DNA from: Bacteroidales bacterium
Lineage (GTDB): Bacteria; Bacteroidota; Bacteroidia; Bacteroidales; UBA932
Length of the DNA: 64,000 bases
Direction: 5' to 3'
NCBI GenBank assembly: GCA_033811195.1
Contig: JAPXOZ010000004.1
Span: 36,625 to 100,624, forward strand
Positions 18,769 through 27,692 of this stretch are shown here, piece after piece. Position numbers and translations under genes: made by a program. The notes beneath the pieces are model-generated. The model did no database searches. It saw nothing but the letters and a program-made list of their open reading frames with translations, and was not told the origin of the DNA. Every line of letters begins with the position of its first letter. Position 1 is the first letter of the stretch.

Positions 18769-19344
18769 TTATGAAAGCCGTTCTATCAGGAGAGATATTT
18801 TGGCAAAAATTTCTTCAATCGTACCCTCTCCGTCAATTTCGTGGTATTTTCCCTGTTTCTTATAGTAATCGATTAAAGGCTCAGTCTTGGCGTGGTAAGT
18901 AGTTATACGATTTTGGATTATCTCATCATTCATGTCATCCTTGCGATCTTCAATCAGAGCGCGATGGTGGATCCTATCTTTGACCGTATCATCACTTATG
19001 ATAATGGAGATCACGCCGTTCACATCCATTTTGAGATTGTGGAGATGAGAGTCAAAAGCCGATGCCTGTGTGGTTGTACGGGGAAATCCGTCAAAAATAA
19101 ATCCTGACACATCCGGATTCTGGGCAAGCTCATTTTTGACTAATTTGAGGACCATTTCGTCAGGCACGAAATTGCCGTCGTCAATTAGGGCTTTGGCTAT
19201 GCGTCCGAGTTTGGTGCCGGCTTTTATTTCAGCACGAAGTAGATCTCCGGTGGAAATGTGCCTCAAATTATATTTTTCAACCATTAGCTTGGCTTGAGTG
19301 CCTTTACCAGCGCCAGGCGGGCCAAATATGATAAAATGCTTCAT
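18769..19344 (-). CDS. adk: Adenylate kinase
   Basis: The internal ATG at 19344 gives [17 protein letters not shown] (P-loop). The 43-codon N-terminal extension in the ORF track overlaps hpt and is not adk-like. Confidence 0.9.
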   Translation of the reverse strand: MKHFIIFGPPGAGKGTQAKLMVEKYNLRHISTGDLLRAEIKAGTKLGRIAKALIDDGNFVPDEMVLKLVKNELAQNPDVSGFIFDGFPRTTTQASAFDSHLHNLKMDVNGVISIIISDDTVKDRIHHRALIEDRKDDMNDEIIQNRITTYHAKTEPLIDYYKKQGKYHEIDGEGTIEEIFAKISLLIERLS

Positions 19345-19366
19345 GATATATGTATCGTATATAGTG

Positions 19367-19915
19367 TTAAGATTGTTTGTCAAGAATGTAGATGTCTTTG
19401 CAGTTGCGCCCCAGCTGATTATAGTCCAGACCGAATCCCACGAGAAAACGATTTTCAACTTCCATAGCCACATAGTCTAAAACTAGAGATTTGTCGTAAA
19501 CCTCGGGTTTGAGTAGGAGCGTGCAGATCTTGATTTCGTTTGCTCCGGCTATAGTGAGTGTTTTATGGATGTCGTAAATGGTGGTTCCGGTATCGACTAT
19601 ATCTTCTACAATGATCAGGTCTCTACCTTTGATATCGGCGGTAAGTCCAAGTATTGTCTTTGTTTTGCCCGAGGAGAGTGTTCCTTCGTAGGAAGCCAAT
19701 CGGATGCTGGTGATCTCGCAAGGGAATGTAATTCTTTTCATCAACTCTCCTGTAAACATTATAGACCCGTTGAGTACACAGAGAAGGATTGGGGGCCTTT
19801 TACGTCCGCGGTAGTCGTTATTTAATTTTTCAGCTACTATATCAATGGCCTTGGAAATCTCTTCGTAGCGAATGTACGGTACAAAATATTTATCATGAAG
19901 CTTAATTCTTTCCAT
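19367..19915 (-). CDS. hpt: Hypoxanthine phosphoribosyltransferase
   Basis: 182 aa with the PRPP-binding loop LIIVEDIVDTGTT. Confidence 0.85.
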   Translation of the reverse strand: MERIKLHDKYFVPYIRYEEISKAIDIVAEKLNNDYRGRKRPPILLCVLNGSIMFTGELMKRITFPCEITSIRLASYEGTLSSGKTKTILGLTADIKGRDLIIVEDIVDTGTTIYDIHKTLTIAGANEIKICTLLLKPEVYDKSLVLDYVAMEVENRFLVGFGLDYNQLGRNCKDIYILDKQS

Positions 19916-19940
19916 CTGTGAGATTATTTTTTTGTAGAGG

Positions 19941-19948
19941 CAAATTTA
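19941..19948 (-). promoter_or_regulatory. Candidate -7 promoter box TAAATTTG for hpt
   Basis: The reverse complement of CAAATTTA lies 26-33 nt upstream of the hpt ATG (19915). Confidence 0.4.
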
Positions 19949-19953
19949 ATCAT

Positions 19954-19961
19954 TATTTTTG
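19954..19961 (+). promoter_or_regulatory. Candidate -7 promoter box TATTTTTG for purE
   Basis: TAnnTTTG match 15-24 nt upstream of the two candidate purE ATGs (19976, 19985). Confidence 0.35.
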
Positions 19962-19975
19962 GGACATTATACAAA

Positions 19976-20497
19976 ATGAGAAATATGAGACCGCTTGTTA
20001 GTATTATAATGGGAAGTACCTCCGATATGCCTGTGATGCAACAGGCCGCGGAGTTTCTTGAAATGATGGAGATACCTTTTGAGATTAATGCTCTTTCGGC
20101 ACATAGAGTGCCCCATAGGGTTATGGAGTTTGCAGAAGGAGCTGCCGGAAGTGGAATCAAGGTTATTATTGCAGGCGCAGGTGGAGCGGCTCATTTGCCG
20201 GGAGTCATTGCTGCCTATACTCCTCTGCCGGTCATCGGGGTCCCCATCAAATCCTCAAATTCTATAGATGGGTGGGACTCAGTACTTTCTATTCTTCAAA
20301 TGCCTTCAGGTATTCCGGTGGCAACTGTGGCCCTGAATGGAGCAAAGAACGCAGCCATTCTTGCAGTGCAGATGTTGGCACTCTCCGATGATGCAATTAT
20401 GAAGAAATTAAAGGCTTTTAAGGCTGATCTTGCCTCTAAGGTAGCCAAAGCCAATGATGAATTGGCTGACATCAAATACAAGTATAAGACCAATTGA
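19976..20497 (+). CDS. purE: 5-(carboxyamino)imidazole ribonucleotide mutase
   Basis: 173 aa with the PurE blocks IMGSTSD and AGGAAHLPGV. Confidence 0.9.
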   Translation: MRNMRPLVSIIMGSTSDMPVMQQAAEFLEMMEIPFEINALSAHRVPHRVMEFAEGAAGSGIKVIIAGAGGAAHLPGVIAAYTPLPVIGVPIKSSNSIDGWDSVLSILQMPSGIPVATVALNGAKNAAILAVQMLALSDDAIMKKLKAFKADLASKVAKANDELADIKYKYKTN

Positions 20498-20540
20498 CAA
20501 CATGCACTTTTGATTTTCATAGTATTTATTATTTCAGGAT

Positions 20541-22442
20541 ATGAGGCGAGAGATTGTGGGGTTGGAAAGAACTCTTATTGCCATCGCCATTGCGGTGGCA
20601 ATTTTTTTTAGCTCATCATCACATTGTACGGCACAACATCAGCTTCCGCACCAACTAATTTCGATAATCGAGGATATGGCCTCTTTAGGTGGGGAGGAGG
20701 CTGCCCTTGAACTCCAGATCAGGTTTGAGGAAATGCTTTCCTCGCCGCTTGAGATCAATCTGCTTACCAGAAGGCAGATGGAGGAGTGTAGCCTTCTTAC
20801 ACCGTTCCAGATTGAGAGTATTCTTGACTACCGGAAGGAGTATGGTGACATTCTTTCACTTTCGGAGTTGTCACTTGTGGATGGTTTCGGTCCGGAAGCA
20901 ATAGAATTGGTGAGACCCTTCTTCAGGTTTTCTTCGATTCAAGCTATTGCATCTCCTTTTGTTGAGGAGAGTTTCAGCCATCGTTTTTCGGCTAAAGCCC
21001 ACAAAAAAATGAAGTCGAAAGGCATTTCGCTTACTTCAAAATATAAAATAGAATATGGTAAGCGTATCAGTGCAGGTTTGACTCTCGACGGCGATGCGGG
21101 AGAAAAACTTACCAGTTACTATCATCCCGATTTTACCTCATTGCATCTTGCATGGAGCCCACCTGAAATACCCCATGATAAGAAAAAGATAAGATTCCGT
21201 AAAGTAGTTCTTGGGGATTATGTGGCCAGATTTGGGCAGGGACTTGCATTGTGGAAGGCCTTTCCGGTCTCATTTTTCGGCACTCCGTCATCACTCAGCA
21301 AACGGGGGAGTGCCATTACTCCCTATACCTCTACAGATGAGTCAAATTTTTTGCGGGGAGCAGGAGTGACCTTTGGTTCGCGGGAAATGGAATGTTCGCT
21401 CTTTGCCTCATACAACGGGGTCGATGCTCGGATAGTGGGGGACAGTTGTTACACCTCGATAATTACCGGCGGACTTCACACTACTGATGCTGAACGTGCC
21501 ACACGCAACAGTATGCATGAATATCTCTTTGGCGGACATCTCTCTTACGGTTTCAGTCGTCTGCAGTTGGGGGTTACCGCTCTTTGTTATGGCTACGACA
21601 AGTGTAATGCACGTCGTATTAAGGAATACAATCGATATCAGATGTATGACGGTATATGGGGCAATCTGGCGTTGGATCTCTACTCTTCTTGGCGCAGTTT
21701 CCGCTTCTTTGCCGAAGTTGCAACTGATTTTCGTCCGGCAGCAGCACTGCTCTGTGGACTCTCCTGGAATCCGGATTATTCGCTGGAAATGGCTCTGATG
21801 TTACGCGCTTACGGTAAGGGCTATACAGCTACTCACGCAGCCGCATACTCCACTCTCTCCAGTTGTTCCAACCAATATGGAGCTACTATCAGTATCAAAT
21901 ATATTCCATTGAGAGGCTGGATTATGCATCTTTCAGCGGAGTATAGTGCCTATCCCTGGTCGAGGTATCGGATTGATGGGCCATCGTGGGACTCCAGGGC
22001 GCGATTGGATATCCTTAGAGAATCACAGAAAGGATCGCAACTCCAGATGCGGTTCGACTGGCGCCATAAGAGTGAGTCAGGATCTACCCTCAAGGGACGA
22101 TTACACACACGTGTAGTACTTTCACAGTGCTGGTCTTTATCTGCACGTATCGAGGGTGGCTTGAAGGGTTTTGCTACCTATGGGGAACTTGGATTTCGCA
22201 CTGCAGACCGCAGATGGGATATCTGCGCAAGAGGCACCTATTACAATACCGAAGATTGGAAGTCGAGGGTATACATATACGAGAGGGGAGTACCGCAATC
22301 TTTTTCTGTGGAGAATTACTACGGAAAGGGTTGGAGCTGGTATTTCCTTTTGAAATGGTCTCCTGCGAGGTTAGCAGATTTGTGGTTCAAATACTCGAAG
22401 AACTACTGCGCCTTCTTTATCTTGATTACCATTCCGGGATAG
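20541..22442 (+). CDS. Helix-hairpin-helix (ComEA-like) domain protein with a large C-terminal domain of unknown function
   Basis: N-terminal signal-like segment, then an HhH-type region (LLTPFQIESILDYRKEYGDILSLSELSLVDGFGPEAIELVRPFF). About 480 further residues are rich in alternating aromatic/polar stretches. Confidence 0.55.
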   Translation: MRREIVGLERTLIAIAIAVAIFFSSSSHCTAQHQLPHQLISIIEDMASLGGEEAALELQIRFEEMLSSPLEINLLTRRQMEECSLLTPFQIESILDYRKEYGDILSLSELSLVDGFGPEAIELVRPFFRFSSIQAIASPFVEESFSHRFSAKAHKKMKSKGISLTSKYKIEYGKRISAGLTLDGDAGEKLTSYYHPDFTSLHLAWSPPEIPHDKKKIRFRKVVLGDYVARFGQGLALWKAFPVSFFGTPSSLSKRGSAITPYTSTDESNFLRGAGVTFGSREMECSLFASYNGVDARIVGDSCYTSIITGGLHTTDAERATRNSMHEYLFGGHLSYGFSRLQLGVTALCYGYDKCNARRIKEYNRYQMYDGIWGNLALDLYSSWRSFRFFAEVATDFRPAAALLCGLSWNPDYSLEMALMLRAYGKGYTATHAAAYSTLSSCSNQYGATISIKYIPLRGWIMHLSAEYSAYPWSRYRIDGPSWDSRARLDILRESQKGSQLQMRFDWRHKSESGSTLKGRLHTRVVLSQCWSLSARIEGGLKGFATYGELGFRTADRRWDICARGTYYNTEDWKSRVYIYERGVPQSFSVENYYGKGWSWYFLLKWSPARLADLWFKYSKNYCAFFILITIPG

Positions 22443-24013
22443 ATCTTTGTGGATTGGGTAAACCCGTTAAGCTTGAGCAGTGAGCTGAGGGTTACACCCG
22501 AAAATTTGCCCGCAATGCCGGAAAGAGTATCATTTTTCTTGACGGTATAAGTGATATACCCATCTTTCGTAGCTGTTCCGGAAGTGCTACCGGAGTTTTT
22601 CGTTGAAGAACTCGATCTGGTGGATGCTGCACTACCCCCTATCCGGAGTTTTTGGCCTACACGAATCATGTCGCTCCTGAGGTTGTTCCATCTTTTAATG
22701 TTGGAGACTGTGGTACGATATTTCCTGGCGATGCCGCCCAATGTCTCGCCAGATCTTACGGTGTGGGTGATCATGCTACCCTCGGTACCACCCTTTTCCT
22801 TGACTTTTTTGATGGCTACATCGCTAAAGAAGAGTGTGTCTTTGTAAGAATATATTGACTTTTCATTGTTGACAAATTGCATCGTGTAGTTGTGTGGAAG
22901 TCTGAGGATATAGGTTTTCTCCGTTCCTGGGATTATATCGTGTAAATACTGGGGATTAATCTGGCGGAGTTCCTCCATCGGTATGCCGATAACTTCGGAA
23001 ATTTGCTGGAAATGAAGCATTCTGTTGACATGAATCGTGTCGACATGGGCAGGAAGTGAAGATTGCTGGGGAACTATTCCGTGTTCCGGGTAGTATTTCA
23101 AAGTATAGAGTGCTGCAAAGAAAATGGGCACATAGCCGCGTGTCTCTCTAGGCAGATAATTGTAAATCTCCCAGAAGTCAGTTTTTCCGCCCGAGCGTCG
23201 TATTGCCTTCAGGACATTACCCGCTCCACAGTTATAGGAGGCGATTGCAAGAGACCAGTCTCCAAAAATATTGTACGAATCCTTGAGATACCTCGCTGCT
23301 GCATGGCAGGATTTATAGGGATCATATCTTTCATCTACAAATGATGTCATATCCAGATCATACAATCTTGCGGTGTAGTGCATGAACTGCCACATTCCTC
23401 TTGCTCTTGCTCTCGAAACGGCTTTTGGATTGAAAGCAGATTCTATCATTGCCATTGCCTTGAGCTCTTTTGGAAGGTCGTACATATCAAATATTCCCTC
23501 TATTATTGGGAGATAATAGTTTGAAAGAGAGATGATGTTTGCGGTTACCTTTGGCATCTTTTCCGTGTATAGGATGATATTGTTCCTCACGTAGTGGTTG
23601 AACTGTATCGGAATGAAAGAATTCAATCTGTTGAGTCTCTCAATATAGACGGAATCGGGGATTGATGACTTGAGAGTATCTCTTTCAAGCATTTCGAAAT
23701 CGGGGTTGAATGCCTCAGCCTGCTTGTGTAAATACCAAATATTGCGGAGAGAGTCTATGCTTTCAGGTGTATAAGTTTCTGGTTTGAATACCTCTTCCAG
23801 AGCAATCTCTTCTTCCACAACCCCCGAAACCGGTTCAGCGAGCAGATTGTATTCGTATGCGAGAGAGTCGTAGGCATTCTGGAGCGAATCCAGTCTACGT
23901 GTAAGATCCTCTATGATTTGTTTTCTAGTTCTGATCTGAGCCCCTGCCTCTGGCAGGAAATTGAATAGGGCAATTAGGAGAATAACTGTGGAAAATAAAG
24001 GTCTTGCTTTCAT
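22403..24013 (-). CDS. Lytic transglycosylase (MltD-like) with two C-terminal LysM domains
   Basis: Signal peptide; SLT blocks MIESAFNP, ARGMWQFM and AIASYNCGAGN; two LysM repeats (HTVRSGETLGGIARKY... and YTVKKNDTLSGIAGKF...). Confidence 0.85.
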   Translation of the reverse strand: MKARPLFSTVILLIALFNFLPEAGAQIRTRKQIIEDLTRRLDSLQNAYDSLAYEYNLLAEPVSGVVEEEIALEEVFKPETYTPESIDSLRNIWYLHKQAEAFNPDFEMLERDTLKSSIPDSVYIERLNRLNSFIPIQFNHYVRNNIILYTEKMPKVTANIISLSNYYLPIIEGIFDMYDLPKELKAMAMIESAFNPKAVSRARARGMWQFMHYTARLYDLDMTSFVDERYDPYKSCHAAARYLKDSYNIFGDWSLAIASYNCGAGNVLKAIRRSGGKTDFWEIYNYLPRETRGYVPIFFAALYTLKYYPEHGIVPQQSSLPAHVDTIHVNRMLHFQQISEVIGIPMEELRQINPQYLHDIIPGTEKTYILRLPHNYTMQFVNNEKSIYSYKDTLFFSDVAIKKVKEKGGTEGSMITHTVRSGETLGGIARKYRTTVSNIKRWNNLRSDMIRVGQKLRIGGSAASTRSSSSTKNSGSTSGTATKDGYITYTVKKNDTLSGIAGKFSGVTLSSLLKLNGFTQSTKIYPGMVIKIKKAQ

Positions 24014-24017
24014 GTAA

Positions 24018-24968
24018 TTAGAAGTTGAGTGTCATCTGGAGTCCGAAGGAGGGCATCGGAGTATATGATGGAGAATAATATGGAGTTAGCGGCTCTATTA
24101 TGGCAGGCTCAAATTGGAGTGTGGCGAGATTGTCGCTTACTTCGAAATCTGCCATGTGTGCGAATACGTTGGCGTCAATCACATTTAGTGCGTATACAAG
24201 TACGAATGCCACTACGGAATAGTCTCTGAATCGTCTGTAGGTATCTCTGTACCATTCTGCCTGGCTAGCCGTTATATTGCCAATATAGCCACTATTCGGA
24301 TCTTTGTCCACCTTGCAGATATACCTGAAACGCTTGTACATTATGTCGTTCTGGTGGAGAAAATAGCCGCAGGCTACAAAGCCGGTCCACCAGATAGGAA
24401 TCTTCCAATAGTCGCCGTTGTAGGCTTGTCCTAGGCCGGGAAGAAGGGCTGAGTATATTGTGGACTTTGCTGCGACAGGAACTCTGACCTCTGTCTTGTA
24501 TGAAATTGTAGCATCCAGAAGTGAACCCCAGTAGACAAGTCCTGTACCTATATACCCTAGATTACGATAGAGTTTATATTTTTCGTCCCCGGTCTGTTGG
24601 AATTTGATATTGTTGGATATTCCTGTATAGAGCCCGGCTCCTATACCTCCGTAGATGATAGGAACTTTCCACCATTGTTTATTGTATATCTGGCCTGCTC
24701 CGGGTAAAATAGCTGTACCTAGAAGCATATAACCGGGCTTTAGTGTATCCCTGCCCATATAACCGCGAATGAGTGCCTTCATTGAGAATCCGGCGGTAGT
24801 ATCAGCCTTGACATCGCTTTCCGGATTAACCTGTGTGCCGGTCTGCATATTGGCACCAGGAGGTCCTCCCATTTTACTCATAGTAACATTTCCCGAGCGC
24901 TGAAACTGTGCTTCAGCGCTGAAATAGAAAACCATGAGCAAAAGTATGATGGAAAGATGTCTCTTCAC
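24018..24968 (-). CDS. DUF5683-like membrane/periplasmic protein
   Basis: Repeated LPG(A/L)GQ(I/A)YN..(Y)WK(V/I)PI blocks typical of the protein that follows parB in Bacteroidetes. I prefer the GTG at 24968 (VKRHLSIILLLMVFYFSAEAQ, a signal peptide) over the ATG at 25028, which overlaps parB by 53 nt. Confidence 0.6.
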   Translation of the reverse strand: MKRHLSIILLLMVFYFSAEAQFQRSGNVTMSKMGGPPGANMQTGTQVNPESDVKADTTAGFSMKALIRGYMGRDTLKPGYMLLGTAILPGAGQIYNKQWWKVPIIYGGIGAGLYTGISNNIKFQQTGDEKYKLYRNLGYIGTGLVYWGSLLDATISYKTEVRVPVAAKSTIYSALLPGLGQAYNGDYWKIPIWWTGFVACGYFLHQNDIMYKRFRYICKVDKDPNSGYIGNITASQAEWYRDTYRRFRDYSVVAFVLVYALNVIDANVFAHMADFEVSDNLATLQFEPAIIEPLTPYYSPSYTPMPSFGLQMTLNF

Positions 24969-24975
24969 TCTCAAT

Positions 24976-25887
24976 CTATAACTGTTTATCTTCGATAACC
25001 TTGAGGAAAGCATCGAGTTCGTTATCATTCTTGAAACGGACTGTCATTGTGCCGCCTCCACTGCTTGTGCGTTTAAAGGAGACTCCTCTATCAAAATACT
25101 TGCCAACAATGTCGGCGAGGCGGTAGTAGCTCTCGGGATAATTGTCTTGCTCTTGGTTGCTCACCTGTACGGGTGGGGGAGTATTGCTCAGACGGACTTT
25201 CTCTTCAAGCTGACGTACGTTGAGGTCCTTGCGTATGGTCAGTTCACATAGTTCTATCTGGCGTTCATGTGTATCAAGAGAGAGTAGTGCTTTGGCATGC
25301 CCCATGCTGATCTTGCCGGTCTTTACAGCCTTCTGGATCTCTACCGGAAGTTTGAGCAGACGGAGATAATTGGCTACAGTTGCTCTCTTTTTACCGATTC
25401 TGGATGCCATTTCCTCCTGAGTGAGGTTACATTCCTCCATCAGACGCTGAAATCCGAGTGCTGTCTCAATGGGGTCGAGATCCTCTCTTTGGATGTTCTC
25501 TACAATGGCCATTTCGAGCATTAAGGTATCGTCAGCCTCACGTATATATGCGGGGATTGTTTGAAGGCGGGCTAATTTTGCTGCCCTAAAACGTCTTTCT
25601 CCGCTGATGATCTGGTATTGTGAGGGCCCTATCTTACGTAAGGTAAGGGGTTGAATAATGCCAAGAGTGCGAATTGAATCCGCAAGCTCCAACAGACCCT
25701 CTTCGTCAAATGATAGGCGTGGCTGCCCGGGGTTAGGTACAATCTGGCTCAGAGGTACTTCGCAAATGGATGCAGGATTGCTCCTTTCGGGGGGAGGAGT
25801 GGGTCTGTACTCATTATGTTGACGGATCTCGCTGGCATCTCCCAGGAGCGCTCCGAGTCCTCTTCCTAATGCTTCTCTTTTTGCCAT
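24976..25887 (-). CDS. parB: Chromosome partitioning protein ParB (Spo0J)
   Basis: ParB box GERRFRAA, an HTH region, and the N-terminal LGRGLGALL motif. Confidence 0.9.
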   Translation of the reverse strand: MAKREALGRGLGALLGDASEIRQHNEYRPTPPPERSNPASICEVPLSQIVPNPGQPRLSFDEEGLLELADSIRTLGIIQPLTLRKIGPSQYQIISGERRFRAAKLARLQTIPAYIREADDTLMLEMAIVENIQREDLDPIETALGFQRLMEECNLTQEEMASRIGKKRATVANYLRLLKLPVEIQKAVKTGKISMGHAKALLSLDTHERQIELCELTIRKDLNVRQLEEKVRLSNTPPPVQVSNQEQDNYPESYYRLADIVGKYFDRGVSFKRTSSGGGTMTVRFKNDNELDAFLKVIEDKQL

Positions 25888-26654
25888 GACTGGTTCTTTT
25901 TTATTATTTCCTTAGCGAGCTCCAGGTAGTTTGATGCTCCTGGCGAGCCGACATCATAGAGTATGGCAGGCTTGCCGAAGGAGGGAGCTTCACTCAAACG
26001 AATGTTTCTAACAATAATCGTGCTGAAGACCATTTCTTTGAAATGAGTCTTGACCTCTTCCACCACCTGGTTGTGCAGGCGGAGACGGCTATCAAACATA
26101 GTAAAGAGGAATCCTTCTATATTAAGAGCCGGGTTGAGGCGGTTCTGGACGAGCTTAATGGTATTAAGCAGCTTGCCAAGTCCTTCAAGAGCAAAAAACT
26201 CAGGCTGGACAGGGATGATGACCGAATCAGCAGCTGTAAGGGCATTTACAGTGATTAGTCCCAGTGAGGGAGCACAATCCAGGATTATGTATTCATAACG
26301 GTCACGTATCTTTGATAGTGCCTTTTTAAGCACAGATTCACGATTGTCAACATTGAGCATCTCTATTTCGGCACCTACGAGGTTGATATGGGAGGTTATT
26401 AGGTCGAGATAATCCAACTCTGTGGGCATAATGGTCTGCTCGATATCTTTTTGTCCGATAAGAACTTCGTAAAGTGTATTAGCTGAGTCGGAATCGGGGT
26501 TGAAATTGAGTCCTGATGTGGTATTGGCCTGAGGATCTGCGTCAATTAGCAGGGTTTTCCTTTCCAGTACGGCCATTGAAGCTGCAAGGTTTATAGCTGT
26601 GGTAGTTTTCCCTACTCCTCCTTTCTGATTAGCTATTGCAATAATTTTTCCCAT
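25866..26654 (-). CDS. parA: Chromosome partitioning ATPase ParA (Soj)
   Basis: Deviant Walker [12 protein letters not shown]; 262 aa; 22-nt overlap with parB. Confidence 0.9.
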   Translation of the reverse strand: MGKIIAIANQKGGVGKTTTAINLAASMAVLERKTLLIDADPQANTTSGLNFNPDSDSANTLYEVLIGQKDIEQTIMPTELDYLDLITSHINLVGAEIEMLNVDNRESVLKKALSKIRDRYEYIILDCAPSLGLITVNALTAADSVIIPVQPEFFALEGLGKLLNTIKLVQNRLNPALNIEGFLFTMFDSRLRLHNQVVEEVKTHFKEMVFSTIIVRNIRLSEAPSFGKPAILYDVGSPGASNYLELAKEIIKKNQSWQKEKH

Positions 26655-26684
26655 ATATGCTCTGAATTAGTTCCAAATAAAAGG

Positions 26685-26692
26685 CAAATTTA
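26685..26692 (-). promoter_or_regulatory. Candidate -7 promoter box TAAATTTG for parA
   Basis: The reverse complement of CAAATTTA lies 31-38 nt upstream of the parA ATG (26654). Confidence 0.4.
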
Positions 26693-26724
26693 CAAATTCT
26701 TTTTCTTAGGAAAGGTATTTATGT

Positions 26725-26732
26725 TATTTTTG
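26725..26732 (+). promoter_or_regulatory. Candidate -7 promoter box TATTTTTG for the lipid kinase-YfhO-flippase operon
   Basis: TAnnTTTG match 25 nt upstream of the ATG at 26757. Confidence 0.4.
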
Positions 26733-26756
26733 TCGGAAAATGATTCTTGAGCAAGT

Positions 26757-27689
26757 ATGGCAGACTCCTGGAAAGTAATAGTAAGTAGCCTGTCGGGTGG
26801 CGGCAAAGCCGGCAGCGAATGGCCTGAAATAGCAGCCCGCCTTGAAGCCAGAGGTATCGCACACTCTGTTTCTTTTACAAAACACCGTTTCCACGCCAGA
26901 GAAATCGCATTAGAGGCTCTCAAAGAGGGCTTTAGGCAGATTATCGTGGTAGGCGGAGATGGGGCTTTACACGAAGTGCTTTCCGGAGTAATGTCACAGA
27001 GTAAAGTCCCTACAAATCAAGTAACCTTGGCAATAATTCCTGTTGGCTCGGGTAATGACTGGGCTCGTCTTCACGAGATTCCTAAGGGCTTTGATGATGT
27101 CACGGATGTTATCGCCAGAGGAAAGAGTGTGGTTCAAGATGTTGCGAAAGTTGAGTCCGTTATGGACGGAGCTCCATTTATATCCTATATGGTCAATATT
27201 GGGGGCTTGGGATTCGACGCACAGGTTTGTCACAATTTCGACCTGGAAAAAAAGGAGGGCAAGGCAACAAGTGATGCACTTTATCTCAAATGCCTTCTCA
27301 AGGGGTTTATGGGATACGATGCGCGCAAGTTCCGTATAATGACTGACGGTAATCTCTTCTATGAAGGTGATGTCTTTTCAGTTGCAATGGGTATAGGAAG
27401 GTATTCCGGTGGAGGTATGATACAGACCCCAAATGCTCTTTTTGATGATGGTTTGATTGATCTTACAGTCATCAAAGATATCCCTAAATCAAAGATTTTG
27501 CGTAAGATTCCCACTCTATTCACGGGTAAGATATATGATGTAAAAGAGGTCATTCATACCCAGGCACGCGTTATTGAAATTTCGGCTGATCCGGAGTCAT
27601 TTGTCGAGGTAGACGGCGAGGCCGTCGGCTTGAGTCCAATCCGTGTAGAGGTAATTCCAGCTGCAATTAGAATCATCACCAATCTGTAA
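26757..27689 (+). CDS. Diacylglycerol-kinase-family lipid kinase (YegS/BmrU type)
   Basis: DAGK catalytic-domain blocks IIVVGGDGALHEV and IIPVGSGNDWAR. Confidence 0.8.
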   Translation: MADSWKVIVSSLSGGGKAGSEWPEIAARLEARGIAHSVSFTKHRFHAREIALEALKEGFRQIIVVGGDGALHEVLSGVMSQSKVPTNQVTLAIIPVGSGNDWARLHEIPKGFDDVTDVIARGKSVVQDVAKVESVMDGAPFISYMVNIGGLGFDAQVCHNFDLEKKEGKATSDALYLKCLLKGFMGYDARKFRIMTDGNLFYEGDVFSVAMGIGRYSGGGMIQTPNALFDDGLIDLTVIKDIPKSKILRKIPTLFTGKIYDVKEVIHTQARVIEISADPESFVEVDGEAVGLSPIRVEVIPAAIRIITNL

Positions 27690-27692
27690 GAG

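Noticed and set aside
19345-19473. 43-codon N-terminal extension of the adenylate kinase ORF
   Set aside because: It overlaps the 3' end of hpt. The canonical Adk N-terminus [16 protein letters not shown] starts at 19344.
24976-26654. parA/parB as evidence of a plasmid or integrative conjugative element
   Set aside because: They are followed by the DUF5683-like and LysM transglycosylase genes, the conserved chromosomal arrangement in Bacteroidota. There are no rep, mob or tra genes nearby.
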